In this document: positions 47,246 through 59,911 of the stretch, one piece after another
How the letters are laid out: each line of letters opens with the position of its first letter
Numbering within the stretch: position 1 is the first letter of the stretch
Assembly: GCF_006345805.1 (NCBI RefSeq)
Contig: NC_042997.1
Span: forward strand, 11,222,001-11,286,000
Reading direction: 5' to 3'
Length of the DNA stretch: 64,000 nt
From: Octopus sinensis
Taxonomy: Eukaryota
The notes under the pieces: generated by a model
What the model saw: the letters and a program-made list of their open reading frames with translations, nothing else
What the model was told of the DNA's origin: nothing
The model's database searches: none
Program-made: the position numbers and the translations under genes

Positions 47246-47446
47246 GATGAAAAAAAAAGGTGGGGGGGGGCGTACAATACAGGATATGAGTATTGATTAG
47301 GCTGGAATTTTCGTTGTTGTTTTAGGTAGATAATCCTGCGGATAGAGAAAGAGTGATCAGTAGCTTATTGCAAATAAACGTGTATACAAATTAGGACTCA
47401 GCTAAATCGGTCAAGCTAATTTCTATTCATTGCATGTGCTGACTAA

Positions 47447-47959
47447 TCTATATATATAAAACTGTAGTTGTGTGAGTGTCTGTCCCCTTCGATTTAGATT
47501 CCTAACTACTCCCACATTTTGCGGTGCAGTTTAACCAAATTCGGGTATCTTATAGTCGCGATTCATATCAAGCCCGTCTGAGTATTAGCGCGCGTCTACG
47601 ATGAGTCTACGATTTTAAAAATAATTTAACATCATTTTTTATTCCATTTTAATGCATAATTTTTCGTGTGTCGATGGCGGCGGAGTTGGCGTCCATGGTC
47701 ACACCTGCACCTGTTTGCTTCTCCCCTTTCTTCCCTCCCTCGTGAAGCTGTGGGGAAGGGAGTGTAAGGAAATCAACGTCGTAAAGCGTTGTCAAGGAGA
47801 CCAGCGTTCTTTTAGAACAACGACTTCATGGCTTGAAGACACCAAAACAGAAATGGCTAAGAAAGCCCGAATTGGCATCTATAAGGGAAGTAACTCTCTA
47901 AAAATGCTTATATAGTTATTTCCCTTACAAACCCGAGCAACGCCGGGCGATACTGCTAG
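47447..47959 (+). mobile_element. Non-autonomous Helitron, full length
   Basis: A|TCTATATATATAAAACTGTAGTTG ... cccgagcaacgccggg hairpin ... CTAG|T; A|T target, no TSD. Confidence 0.8.
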
Positions 47960-48588
47960 TCACCTATAAAGAAACATACGACATAGTGTAATACACAAAC
48001 TGAGCCCATTTTTTCTATCCGTGGAAGGATGAAGCTTGCCATGTAACCGTTTTGCTCACTTTCCAAAGTGAAGCTAAAATTGTATGCTTATTACAAAAAG
48101 TAAGCTCCGGAAAGCTCGAGCCCCCATAACGGAGTACTGCGCTCACTTTTAGGACGACACACAAACATCGTGGACCGTATCTGAGGACGAGTCATACAAA
48201 TGATGGGCTTTAAATTACAAACACGCTTTAACCTCTAGCCATGTCATTTTTTTCGGTACTATAATGATTTTTGTTCCTCAGAGCTGGTTGTATTCCATTC
48301 AGGTACCGTTAATACAACCCCCACTCCAGGCCTTGCGCTAACCACCACGTCCAATCCTTCATTCCCAGAACACTGGGCCGTTGAAATCTTCTCTATGCTC
48401 ATGTCTTTTCCGCAGGTGTTGACCAGCAACCACTTAAACGGAACATTAACTGTATCGAGTCCACTGGTCTCGGAGAACATGTTAAAGTTTTTGACACTGT
48501 CCCTTCCTTCAGATTTAATAAGAAAAAACAAATGCATTACATTTCAAATTATCTAATGAATGCCAAGTAGGGTACAATGAATCGATGA

Positions 48589-48656
48589 ATGAATAAATCT
48601 ATCTATATATGTATGTATGTTATGTATCTATCTATCCGTGTGTCTGTCGATATCTG

Positions 48657-48753
<97 letters not shown>

Positions 48754-48816
48754 ATATATATACATATATATATAAAACTGAAATATATATATATATATAT
48801 ATATAAACACATACAA

Positions 48817-48855
<39 letters not shown>

Positions 48856-49007
48856 GCTGTCTAAGTATCTCGTTTGATAAGATCGGTTGAAATGGTTCTA
48901 TAATACTGCATGCTTTGATATATATTATATGATACTAATATTAAAAGAGTGCATATATACATATATATACATACATACACACACACACACACCACACACA
49001 CACACAC

Positions 49008-49090
<83 letters not shown>
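48589..49090. repeat. Compound microsatellite block: (TCTA)n 48657-48752, (TA)n, (CA)n
   Basis: Visible directly; other long (TA)n tracts at about 18065-18140, 43605-43680, 43880-43945, 49470-49510. Confidence 0.95.
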
Positions 49091-49092
<2 letters not shown>

Positions 49093-49233
49093 CGCAGGAG
49101 TGGCTGTGTGGTAAGTAGCTTGCTTACCAACCACATGGTTCTGGGTTCTTCTACTATAGCCTCGGGCCGACCAAAGCCTTGTGAGTGGATTTGGTAACAG
49201 AAACTGATAGAAGCCCGTCGTATATATGTATAT

Positions 49234-49278
<45 letters not shown>

Positions 49279-49465
49279 TATATATATATGCGTGTGTGTT
49301 TGTCCCCTTAGCATTGCTTGACAACCGATGCTGGTGTGTTTATGTCCCCGTCACTTAGCGGTTCAGCAAAAGAGGCTTACAAAGAATAAGTCCCAGGGTC
49401 GAGTTGCTCGATTAAAGGCGGTGCTCCAGCATGGCCGCAGTCAAATGACTGAAACAAGTAAAAGA

Positions 49466-49514
<49 letters not shown>

Positions 49515-52275
49515 CACACATATATATATGAGAGAGAGACAGAGACAGACAAGTGTGTGGGAATGTGTATGTATGTGTGTAATAGAGAGAGAGAGATAGG
49601 AGGAAGAGGAGGATACGCGTACACGCTGTGGTGGGAAGAGAATACAGACCGATAGTGCAGAAAGCAAGTGGTTATAGATTATTGCGCATCGCCCTGTATA
49701 GATGAAAATCGATATTTAAGTAGCTGCCTACAATCAGATGTCTCAATGACCTTCATGTTTTGATGAAGTAACTTGCTGCGTACAAAATATAAGGTTGTCT
49801 CGACTCGGACGACCGACCGACCGACCAACTTTTGGATGTGATTTTAATTTTGTTTGAAGAGATGACAGAGGATAACGCATCAACTAAAAACAAAATTTAT
49901 TATTTTAGTAGAGAGAAAGAAATCAGGAAGAATAATTAGAAAGACGAATGAGCAAAAGAAGAGAAGAAAACTAAAAATTTTAAACGAAAATTATAGATTT
50001 CGTAAACAGCAATGTTTGTATTTTGGCAAGTATTTTAATCTATTTTATCCGTCTTTCCAATTTACCTTTACCGTTTCCAACCTATTTTTTTTTTTATAGT
50101 TGCTGGTAGGATGTTGTTATTGCTTAATCCCCCAAGTAAATGCTTTTTAAGCAAATCTTTTAACTGAATACATTCCAACCTGTCTACCTAGGGCTGCACA
50201 ATTTTAAGATCAAAATGATTGTAAGAGGTGTTTGAGGGAGATTTGACTGCTATTTCTTGCATATCGAATAGGCGACCACAGTTTTTTTTTTTAATTAGAA
50301 TTCTGGTTTTTACTCCCTCTTTGTAAATGTGATGAAATGAGTAATTTAATAATTTATAATAATAATAATAAATAATAATAATAATGAAATTATAGTATAC
50401 AGTGCTCAGGTGCACCACAACATTTAATTAGAAACAATTATTTGCAAAGAAAACAATATATTTATTCATTATTCTTAATAATTATTCCTAAGCGAAGTGC
50501 CATGACCACATTTTTGGTGGAGTTTAGCAGATTAAATCGAACCCGTACATGACTTGTATTTATTTTATCGCCTCCAGAAGCGACGTAATACAAGATTAAC
50601 TACATGGAATTCGAACTCACAATGTAAAAAGTATGAAACTAAACACTGCAGCTATTTTCTACGATGTTCTATCGATTTTGCCAATCTTCGTCCTGTTTCA
50701 ATAATAGTTTCGAAAATTTAATATTGGTTTCAAATTTTGGCACAAGGCCAGCAATTATGAAATAAGTTGATTACATCGATCCCCAGGACTCGGCTGGTAC
50801 TATTTCATCGAACCCGAAAGGTGGAAAGGCAAAGTCAACTTAGGCGGAATTTGAACTCATAACATAAAGACAGAAGAAATGCACGTATTGGTTTCCAGCG
50901 TACTGTTTTTTATAATAATATTGTTCATTCTCGAACATAGGGGTATGCAATAAATAAAACATTTTACAAACATTAAGTAATAATTCGGACTTCAGAGAAA
51001 TTGGAGTGATTGAAGAAGCCTCTACGCTGTTGCTTTATCAGCTAGAAATAGCATTGGAATCGCCCTATTGTTTTTAAAAAAGCAGAAAGGGCACAATTGT
51101 ATATTGACCTAGGGGCAGTGTAGGCAAGAAAAGAGAAAGGGGAAAAAAGAATAAGAAAGACGAGATGGCTATAACAGGAATGCGTTTGCTAATTGACTTG
51201 CTTAACCAGAGTTGATCTAATGATGAACAATAACTAGCTCAAATTGATAGTACAAATTACTAAAGATAACATAACCGAATAAGTGTAGGTTTACTGGCCG
51301 GTGTCAAATTAGATTTAAACTGGAGTTTATATATATTAGCATCTATATCAATTTATCTGTATCTGTTTAAATGCAATATCTATATAGTAAAGGTGCTTGG
51401 CTGTTTCAGTATCTCAGCCTTGTGATCACCCTCAGTAATGCGGTTTTGGGATTACCTTAAAATTTTTTTAAGGTAGGACCATTATTCCCTATTATAGCTC
51501 TGTGTGCCTTTTTTTATTCATTTTTATTGTTGTTAAATCATTTGCTTGTGTAAATCTAATTTTTATTGAATAAAACATTAAAATTTTTATTTATATCTGT
51601 TTCTTTAAATCTATCGATAATCAATATATATCAATCAATTAAGCTCTCGGTTTTGTCTGCATCTGATAGTTTCTGTCTATTTCCTCCCTTTAAAGCTTAT
51701 TTTCAGATTCTCCTTAACGAAAATTAATTACAGTTTTATTTCCAACATCAATTGAGGGAAATTGGTCTTATACCTGAGATGATGCTAGCCATCATAGAAT
51801 AACTTTGTGGTCGCAACTGAGCGAATTGCTTAACTAGCTTGTACTCACATCTGCACCAAGTTTCAATTAATTTGAATTCCGATCGTCATCAAGTACTTTA
51901 TTTCTGGTTTTTGATACCATATCAGATATATTCTGTAAGAACTTTTCATTTCAAAACGAAGATTGTTCGCATTCTTATCCAGGATACCATGCGTGTACAT
52001 ATTCAGAAATAAACCACCTGATAAACAGTCAGGTATTAAACCGATCGAGATGTAATTTAGACGTGAATTCCAAATCAATAGATAAATATTGATTGCTACA
52101 GATGAGCTCAATCGTCAAAAGACGGACTTTCGGAATAGCTGTCCCGAATAAAATGAAATTTTTTGGTTTTGTATGGTGTTTTTTCGTTCTTTTAAAATAT
52201 CCCACTTTTTAAAACACATATAATTTGCATTAAGAATTTTGTTTTTCTCTGAAAACCAATGTTTTTTCAAACTTC

Positions 52276-52698
52276 GGCAATCTTTCGTCTCTAGTAGACC
52301 TTTCCGTCGATTTCTGTAAAAAAAAATTTTTTTTTTACATATGGGCTTGCGGGAACTTTTGAAGTAATGAGAGCGAAAAAGACTAAGAGAAAGCGATTGT
52401 ATGACGAGGGAAATTCTTTTGAAGTTACCGTGCATGGGAAGCATTGATGTACATGTGTGTGTGTGTGTTTGATGGGGTGTGGGAGACAGACAGTATGTTG
52501 TGTAAGTGAAGTGCTTCTGTTAGTATGTGTGAAGAGACAGAGTAATGTGTGAAAGAAAGAGATAACTGAAATTTTTTACTCGGTGTATGTGTATATGTAT
52601 GTATATTACTTCAAAAGTTCCCGCAAGCCCATATGTAAAAAAAAATAAATTTTTTTACGGAAATCGACGGAAAGGTCTACTAGAGACGAAAGATCGCC
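52276..52698. repeat. Inverted repeat (MITE-like)
   Basis: Arms 52276-52368 / 52605-52698, 236-nt spacer. Confidence 0.88.
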
Positions 52699-54320
52699 CA
52701 AACTTCTTTCTCCCTTTCGGTTCATCGTGTTATCCGAACGGCTGTCACAGAATGATTTTTTTTCTCTTGATTGATGGTTCGTCATTTCATAAATACCGCA
52801 CATTCTGAAACACCTGTAATTCGCATAAAAAATAATTAAAAAAAAAAGGCGGGTTCCAGCGTGGCCGCAGTCCATTGAATAAACCAAGTAAAAGATAATC
52901 CATGGTTTTCTAATTTCTTAAGCTCACTTTCCCCCCATTTAGCAACTCATAGTCTCTAGAGCTGCTATGTAAAAGTTAATTTAAACTTCGAAGTATTTAA
53001 CTTTCTGTTATAATCCCGTTCATATCCAGGATGCATTTATTCACAGCTAGGATACATAAAAACATAAACCAGCGTGTTTTCGCAATCAACACCTCTGTTG
53101 TAGCTTTTTTAGTTTTTCCAAAATTTCATTTTCATCGATGGTTCTTTTTACCTCACCTCACTAAGTTCCTGAAGCCCGTTGTGTAATTGTGTATTATCTG
53201 TTTCAGTGATAGGATTACGGTCATGCTGGGGCACTACCTTGACGGCACTGGTAGAGGACGTAAACAAATCAAGATGTGGGGCCACACACACGTATGTGCG
53301 CCCGCGCAGACACGCACACACACACACACGATACATATACTCGATACACAAGTTCCCACACAGTTTCCGTCTACCAAATTCACTAATAAGGCATTAGTCT
53401 GTCCAAAGTTGTAGCAGAAGACACTTGTCCTATGTACTGCGCAATGGGAGTGAACTCAGAACCATGTAGTTACGCAACGAACATAATCACACATCCGTAA
53501 GGCCGAGCACTTTCGAGGCGGCGAGTTGGCAGAACCGTTAGCACGCCAGGCGAAATGCGTAGCCGTATTTCGTCTACCGCTACGTTCTGAGTTCAAATTC
53601 CGCCGAGGTCGACTTTGCCTTTCATCCTTTCGGGGGTCGATAAATTAAGTACCAGTTACGCACTGGAGTAGATATAATCGACTTAATCCGTCTGTCTGTC
53701 CTTGTTTGTTTCCTCTGTGTTTAGCCCCCTGTGGGCAATAAAGAAATAAATTTCGAGGGTAGAAGATTACTCAATACCATCGACCCCACCCCCACTCCAG
53801 TACTTCATTAGTATTTTACTTTTATCGACCCCTTAGTTGACTACGGTGGGATTTAAACACAGAACATTAAGAGTCGGAACGAGTACTGCAAAGTATTTTC
53901 TGCGACGTTCTAACATTCTACTAGCTCGAGTATATGTATATACGAGTATTATAACTGAAACGCATTAGTAATGCCCTACAATGAAATATCAATTGGCGGA
54001 ATTCTAGTTTAAGCACCTCATATAACTTCTCAATTTTCTGAAAATTTTTGCGAACTTGTGTTCTACACACGAGAATTCATACGTCCGATATAAGGGCGAT
54101 TTAGCTGTTATTTTTAGTACATCTCACGATCACTTGATACCTTCCACATTTTGGGTAAAAATTCGTCTTTTTTTAAAAATTCTGACATGTATTGTTGATT
54201 ATCAATATTTTTCTTCTCATAAACACATTTAATGGAATGATGATGAATTCAAGGGTGATCCGTTGCTCGGTTTTAAGCAAAAAATTTGCATTCTAGTATT
54301 TTTGATTAATTAAAAAAAAT

Positions 54321-54741
54321 TGATAGAATGGAACTTTTAGGACTTATGGAGCGGGGATTAAAACACTAAGAATAAATATTTTTTTATTATGGTATCAATT
54401 CTCCTGTGCTTAATCAGAAACTCCACCAGATAGGAATTTAAATATTAATATTTCCTGATCATAAATTACCTAATTTATATTTTATATTTGCTGCTAATAT
54501 CAGAGTAATTTATAAACAATCAAAGAAAGTTGATAGAGTGGAACTTTTAGGATTTATGGAGCGGGGATTAAAAAACTAAGAATAAATATTTTTTTATTAT
54601 GGTATCAATTCTCCTGTGCTTAACCAGAAACTCCAACAGATAGGAATTTAAATATTAATATTTCCTGATCATAAATTACCTAATTTATATTTTATATTTG
54701 CTGCTAATATCAGAGTAATTTATAAACAATCAAAGAAAGTT
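54321..54741 (+). repeat. 210-bp direct tandem duplication
   Basis: tgatagaatggaacttttagga.. at 54321 and tgatagagtggaacttttagga.. at 54531; few mismatches. Confidence 0.92.
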
Positions 54742-54869
54742 TCTTAATGAAAGGAAGGGAGACAACTGCTGCTATTCCTTATTTACCTCTCTTTCAGTCA
54801 GCTTCCTCCTTAACTGTTGCGCCCTCTAGTAGGAAGGAAGTGTAATTTTTATTCTAAGGGAGGTAAAAT

Positions 54870-55003
54870 CTTCCTTTTTAGCTTTGGCCACCATATTGTA
54901 CGCACGTACAACGTGGTCTGTTGTCGAGAAAAGTCAGTATCTGCTGGACTTTTGCTGCTAAAACTGAACAAGACTTGGTCAAGTCGTTGTCTTACTATAG
55001 CAG
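54870..55003 (+). promoter_or_regulatory. TOP-like start, short 5' exon and 5'-UTR intron of RPL21 paralog 2
   Basis: CTTCCTTTTT at 54870-54879; donor TT|GTACGC at 54898; tandem acceptor TAG/CAG at 55000/55003. Confidence 0.6.
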
Positions 55004-55021
55004 GAACTCAAATTTGTGAAA

Positions 55022-55504
55022 ATGACAAATACAAAAGGTTATCGTCGTGGTACTCGGCACATGTTTGCCAGGAGATTCCGCCGCCATGGAGTCCTTCCAC
55101 TGTCTACTTACATGAAAGTCTACAAACGTGGTGATTTGGTCGACGTTAAAGGCGACGGAGGTGTGCAAAAAGGTATGCCGCATAAATCCTACCACGGTCG
55201 TACGGGTCGAGTCTTCAACGTAACACAACACGCTGTCGGTGTGATCGTCAACAAACGAGTGAAGCATCGCATCATCCCAAAGAGAATCAACTTGAGGATC
55301 GAACACGTGAACCCATCCAAGTGTCAACAGGATTTCCGTCAGAGAATCGTCGAATGCAGCAAACTGAAAGCTGAAGCAAAAGCTAAAGGAATTCGCGTTT
55401 GTTTAAAGAGACAGCCTGCAGGTCCTGTGAAAAGGCATTTTGTGTCAATAGCCAAAAATAAGCCCACAGTCTTGGAACCAATCCCCTATGAATTCGTGGC
55501 ATAA
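55022..55504 (+). CDS. RPL21: 60S ribosomal protein L21 (eL21), paralog 2
   Basis: Intact 160-aa ORF from ATG 55022 ending EPIPYEFVA*; AATAAA at 55673-55678. Confidence 0.97.
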   Translation: MTNTKGYRRGTRHMFARRFRRHGVLPLSTYMKVYKRGDLVDVKGDGGVQKGMPHKSYHGRTGRVFNVTQHAVGVIVNKRVKHRIIPKRINLRIEHVNPSKCQQDFRQRIVECSKLKAEAKAKGIRVCLKRQPAGPVKRHFVSIAKNKPTVLEPIPYEFVA

Positions 55505-56142
55505 AATCTTACAGGGAACACTTCGATAAAAGGAAGTAAGTTAATATATATGTACATCAGATATTCCCATCGTGTTATCAAACTGTATATTTTATACTGT
55601 TGTCTGTCAAGATAATGATAAACGAACTAAATATCTATAATATGACTATAATCTGCTTCCTTTTATATCACAAATAAATGTTTGAAGTGAACCAGTATTT
55701 TGGTTTGTATTGATTTTTAAAAATTTTCTTTTTCTAGTATATATATATCTGTATATCTATCTATCTATAAAATGTATTGCCTGAAACGTTAGTTAGTCCA
55801 CCACGTGGATAAGCTCGAATTATTTGCCCCTTCCCAAATTGCTCTTCTGTTAAACTTCCGCTTATCTTCGTAACCGCTCCATTAACAGTTTTGTCTAATT
55901 ATTTTTTTTCTGCGTATTTAAATTTATTTTGTTTTTACTTAATATTTCAGTAAATTGATGGGAAAGCAATGTAAGTGAAATTTGGGGAACAACTGTAACG
56001 GAGAATGTAAATAGGGCATAGAGAAAACTACGTCCCATTTTTAAACATGCCGCTAGTATCTTTCTCATATAGAAACAAATGGGACAACTTATTTTCTACA
56101 CCTATACTGTACTATATACATGACGCTTGAATACGTTTTGAA

Positions 56143-56205
56143 TGGTGTAATGGTTAAGAGCGCGGTCTACTAACCCCAAGTATTCCGAGTTCGATTCTAG
56201 GCAGG
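56143..56205 (+). mobile_element. tRNA-like SINE head (third family) or tRNA pseudogene fragment
   Basis: tggtgtaatggttaagagcgc (A box) .. gagttcgattc (B box); no complete cloverleaf. Confidence 0.45.
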
Positions 56206-56574
56206 GATCTGATTAATAATAATATCGAAAAATACATTATCTATGGACCCCTTCGATTATTATTGGCCGCTGTCAAATGACTGAAACAAGTGAAAAGGAA
56301 AAAAAAAGATATGTGCGTATGTACATTTTATATCCAGTGGTGTAACGTAGGTTGGCGCCTTGTGCAGTAGTCAAATTGGCCGCTCTTAGACGTTACAGCG
56401 AAGGTAAAGAATACGCACATTTGGTGATAAGTGCAGAAAATTCTAAGTACTTCGCCCGTCTTTAAAATATATTGTGTTCTTGGTTTTTACCCCACGCTTC
56501 AAACTGAATCAATATGGATTTTAAAAGAGGCTACTCAATTCGATTATTTCGTCCAATTTCTGTTTAGGGTTTTC

Positions 56575-56775
56575 AAATCTGTTTCTTCATAAGGCATCGT
56601 CAGCATGAACCGTATCCACGGTTTTGTTTTGATTCCCTCATTTCATGATCGCATTGATCACATGTTCAATTGGGAAACAACAACCCGATTTTCTTACAGC
56701 ATTGTATAGGATGGTCTTGTTCATAATTTCCGAATAAATTCTTCACGCATTTCAATCGGAAATGGTAGTTAATAT
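56575..56775 (-). pseudogene. Possible Merlin/ISXO2-like transposase N-terminal remnant
   Basis: Minus strand IGLLFPN*TCDQCDHEMRESKQNRGYGSC*RC resembles the zinc-binding N-terminus of these transposases; short and decayed. Confidence 0.3.
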
Positions 56776-58837
56776 TTAGCCATGTCATTAGGACCTTCGA
56801 ATTTTCTAAGTATATTATAATGTTAGCTGGGGTGGGATCAAGAATAGATTTACATACACAGGCGTAGACATGACTGGTTATGAAGCTCGCATCCCAACCA
56901 CATGGCTTTGTTTAGTCCCACAGTGAAGATAGTGCCTTCTACGACTGAACCAGGCCGACCAGATCCTTCTGAGTGAATTCGCTAGGTGGAATTTGAAAGA
57001 ACGACATCGTATTTATGTGTGCTTACATTTTATCTCTATGAAAGTTGCTCACTTCTGTCCAAACTGTCCGCAGACTTAGTATCTTCAGAGCGTGAAAAAG
57101 ATCATTTACTTGAAAAATAGGTAAGGGTTAGTAACAATCCCTCAGTATATTGTGTTCACAACGGAAAGCGAGTGAACGAACGTATTTCACATCAAGGTAA
57201 GAAGCCAAAATTGTCTTTCATACAACAAATAGGTTTTAGTTGGAGACATGATTTTTTACATGAATGTGTTTAGAAATATATATATATATTTCAATTTCTT
57301 TGTAGTATTGAAGAAATTTTGAACATAATCTGCCTCCTGTTAACTAGTTTAATGGGCAAGGCTATTTGGTTGGTGGAAAATGGTACTTAATGAATTACTT
57401 TAATGGTCTATTCTTGTTCGTATTGCTTTTGTACATCTCCCAAATGAAATGTATGCCAGTCATCTGTGTACAAGATTTCAGAAGCCCATAGGAAACTGGT
57501 AAATTTTTATAGATATAAGTTGATCATCAGCATTCTGACATCCACTTTTCAATACTTGAATGGGTCACACATTTATACAGATTTCCTACAACCAAATCTC
57601 CTTCCTGTCACCAACTTACCTGTTTCTAAGCAAAGTAATATTTCCCTATGGCCAGACATGTTCTCACAGAATATTGGAAATGAATGACTGCTTATATAAT
57701 AGTAACATTAATTTATCACTGCCACATGATGTCAAGACAGGGACACACATAAGGCGGCGAGCTGGCAGAAACGTTAGCGCGCCAGGCGAAATGCTTAGCG
57801 GTATTTCGTCTGCCGCTAGTTTCTGAGTTCAAATTCCGCCAAGGTCGACTTTGCCTTTCATCCTTTCGGGGTCGATAAATTAGTACCAGTTACGCACTGG
57901 GGTTGATGTAATAGACTTAATCCATTCAGTCCTTGTTTTTCCCCTCTATGTTTAACCCCTTGTGGGTTTTTCAGTTAAAGCTTAGGTTGGTCCTGGGCTA
58001 TTGGGGAAGACACTTATACCTAGTGAAATTATTTCTGTAGCCCCAGAAGATTATGTTTTTCTGTGTGGTAAAATTTAATCACTGGTTGACACCAACCCTT
58101 TTGCTACCATGTTTTTGTTGGAATACATTGCTTTTGTTTCAGTTATGAAGAATTTGGTAAAATAAACCTGTTCTAAACAAATTAACTCTGTGACAATCTC
58201 ATGCAGATTGACATCAAAAGTGAAGCAAGCATAAATGGTAATATAATCTTACATCTATGATTTGTCTACTAAATCCTTGTGTGTGTATCATTATCATCGT
58301 CGTTTAACGTCCGTTTTCCATGCTGGCATGGGTTTGACTGAGGGCTGGTGAACCTGAAGGCTACACCAATCTCCATTCTGAGCTGGCAAAGTTTCTACAG
58401 CTGGATGCCCTTCCTAATCCCAACCACTCAGTTTATATATATATATATAAGTGTGTGTGTGTGCGTGTGTCACCATTATACTAGTAGTATCTTTCATTTA
58501 CATTCTTCTGTGAAGACATGTCTGGCCACAGAAATAATACCTTGTTTGGAAACAAGGGAGGGTTGTTGACAAGAAGGCATCCAACCATAGAAAATCTGCC
58601 TCATTGAATTCTTTCTGACCCATGCTTTCATGGAAAAGTGGACGTTAAAATGATGCTTATTTTGGGTCTAAGTATTTTAGAAATTTGTGATCTTACTCAG
58701 CTACAACTGGCTGAAACATCTGCTCACTGCAAGCCCATTCCAACCACACTGATACTGTGTGGAAGATAAAGACATTTTAGAATTTTAAAGACAAACTAGC
58801 CCAAAACCAAATAATTTTCTGTATACTACATGTTTAA

Positions 58838-59045
58838 CCCTTTAGTGTTCTGATTATTCTATCAAACATAATGCTTATTGATTCCCATTGATTTGAATTA
58901 ATCATGCATTATCTCATATCTTCAAGATCTTGATGGTGTAATTACTTAATGTAGAATAACATTGTAGGGTAGGTGTGAGAGCCTGGATCTGGTCAGTTTG
59001 AACATAAAACAGATTAACTTTTTGGCCGGTTTAAATACTAAAGGG
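58838..59045. mobile_element. piggyBac-type MITE
   Basis: TTAA|CCCTTTAG ... CTAAAGGG|TTAA; same interior as 27555 copy. Confidence 0.8.
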
Positions 59046-59358
59046 TTAAGGTTGTTACAATCAATTATGGTAAGAAAATACTCGTGGGTATCTCGCAAAC
59101 CATTAACCATTTTGGAGTTCATTGATATAGGATTTTTATAACCAGCTGTCCTTGTCACCAACCTTTACCTATTTCAAAATAAAGTAAGATTTTCCAGTAA
59201 TCAGTCGGATTGAGTCTCAGAATTGTCACTTTCGTTTGTTAGTTTCCGTGGAAAGTTTATTCATTTACTTATGATGTGTCAAAGTGGAAGAGGAAGTTAA
59301 TGGGTGTGTATATGTATGTGATCATGTTCTGTTGTATGTATTTGTATTCTCTCACACA

Positions 59359-59717
59359 TGCATCATCATCATTTAGCGTCCGCTTTCCATGCTAGCATGG
59401 GTTGGACGGTTCAACGGGGGTCTGTGAAGCCAGAAGGCTGCATCAGGCCCAGTCTGATCTAGCAGTGTTTCTACGGCTGGATGCCCTTCCTAACGCCAAC
59501 CACTCCATGAGTGTAGTGGGTGCTTTTTACGTGCCAGACGGAGCTGGCAAACGGCCACGGATGGATGGTGCGTTTACGTGCCACCGGCACGGGGGCCAGG
59601 CGAGGCTGGCAACGGCCACGATCGGATGGTACTTTTTACGTGCCACCGGCACGGGAGCCAGGCGAGGCTGGCAACGGCCACGAACGGATGGTGCTACGTG
59701 GCCGTTGCCAGCCTCGC
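59359..59717 (-). mobile_element. RTE 3'-UTR copy with terminal fold-back
   Basis: (CAT)n tail at 59359; 21-bp perfect inverted repeat 59662-59682 / 59697-59717. Confidence 0.8.
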
Positions 59718-59911
59718 ATGATAAAAACTATTGCATTTTAAATATGCAAGGCTTTTCTGAAGTTCAAAATGTAACACTTTTTGTTATCGTGGGTGGCATA
59801 ATGATGTTATGCGTTAATAGTGTGTTGAATTTAACTTTATTAATGTATCTTGAATTAGATATATATACAAGATCTGATATACATGTACATACATTTCTTA
59901 TTTCTGTACTG

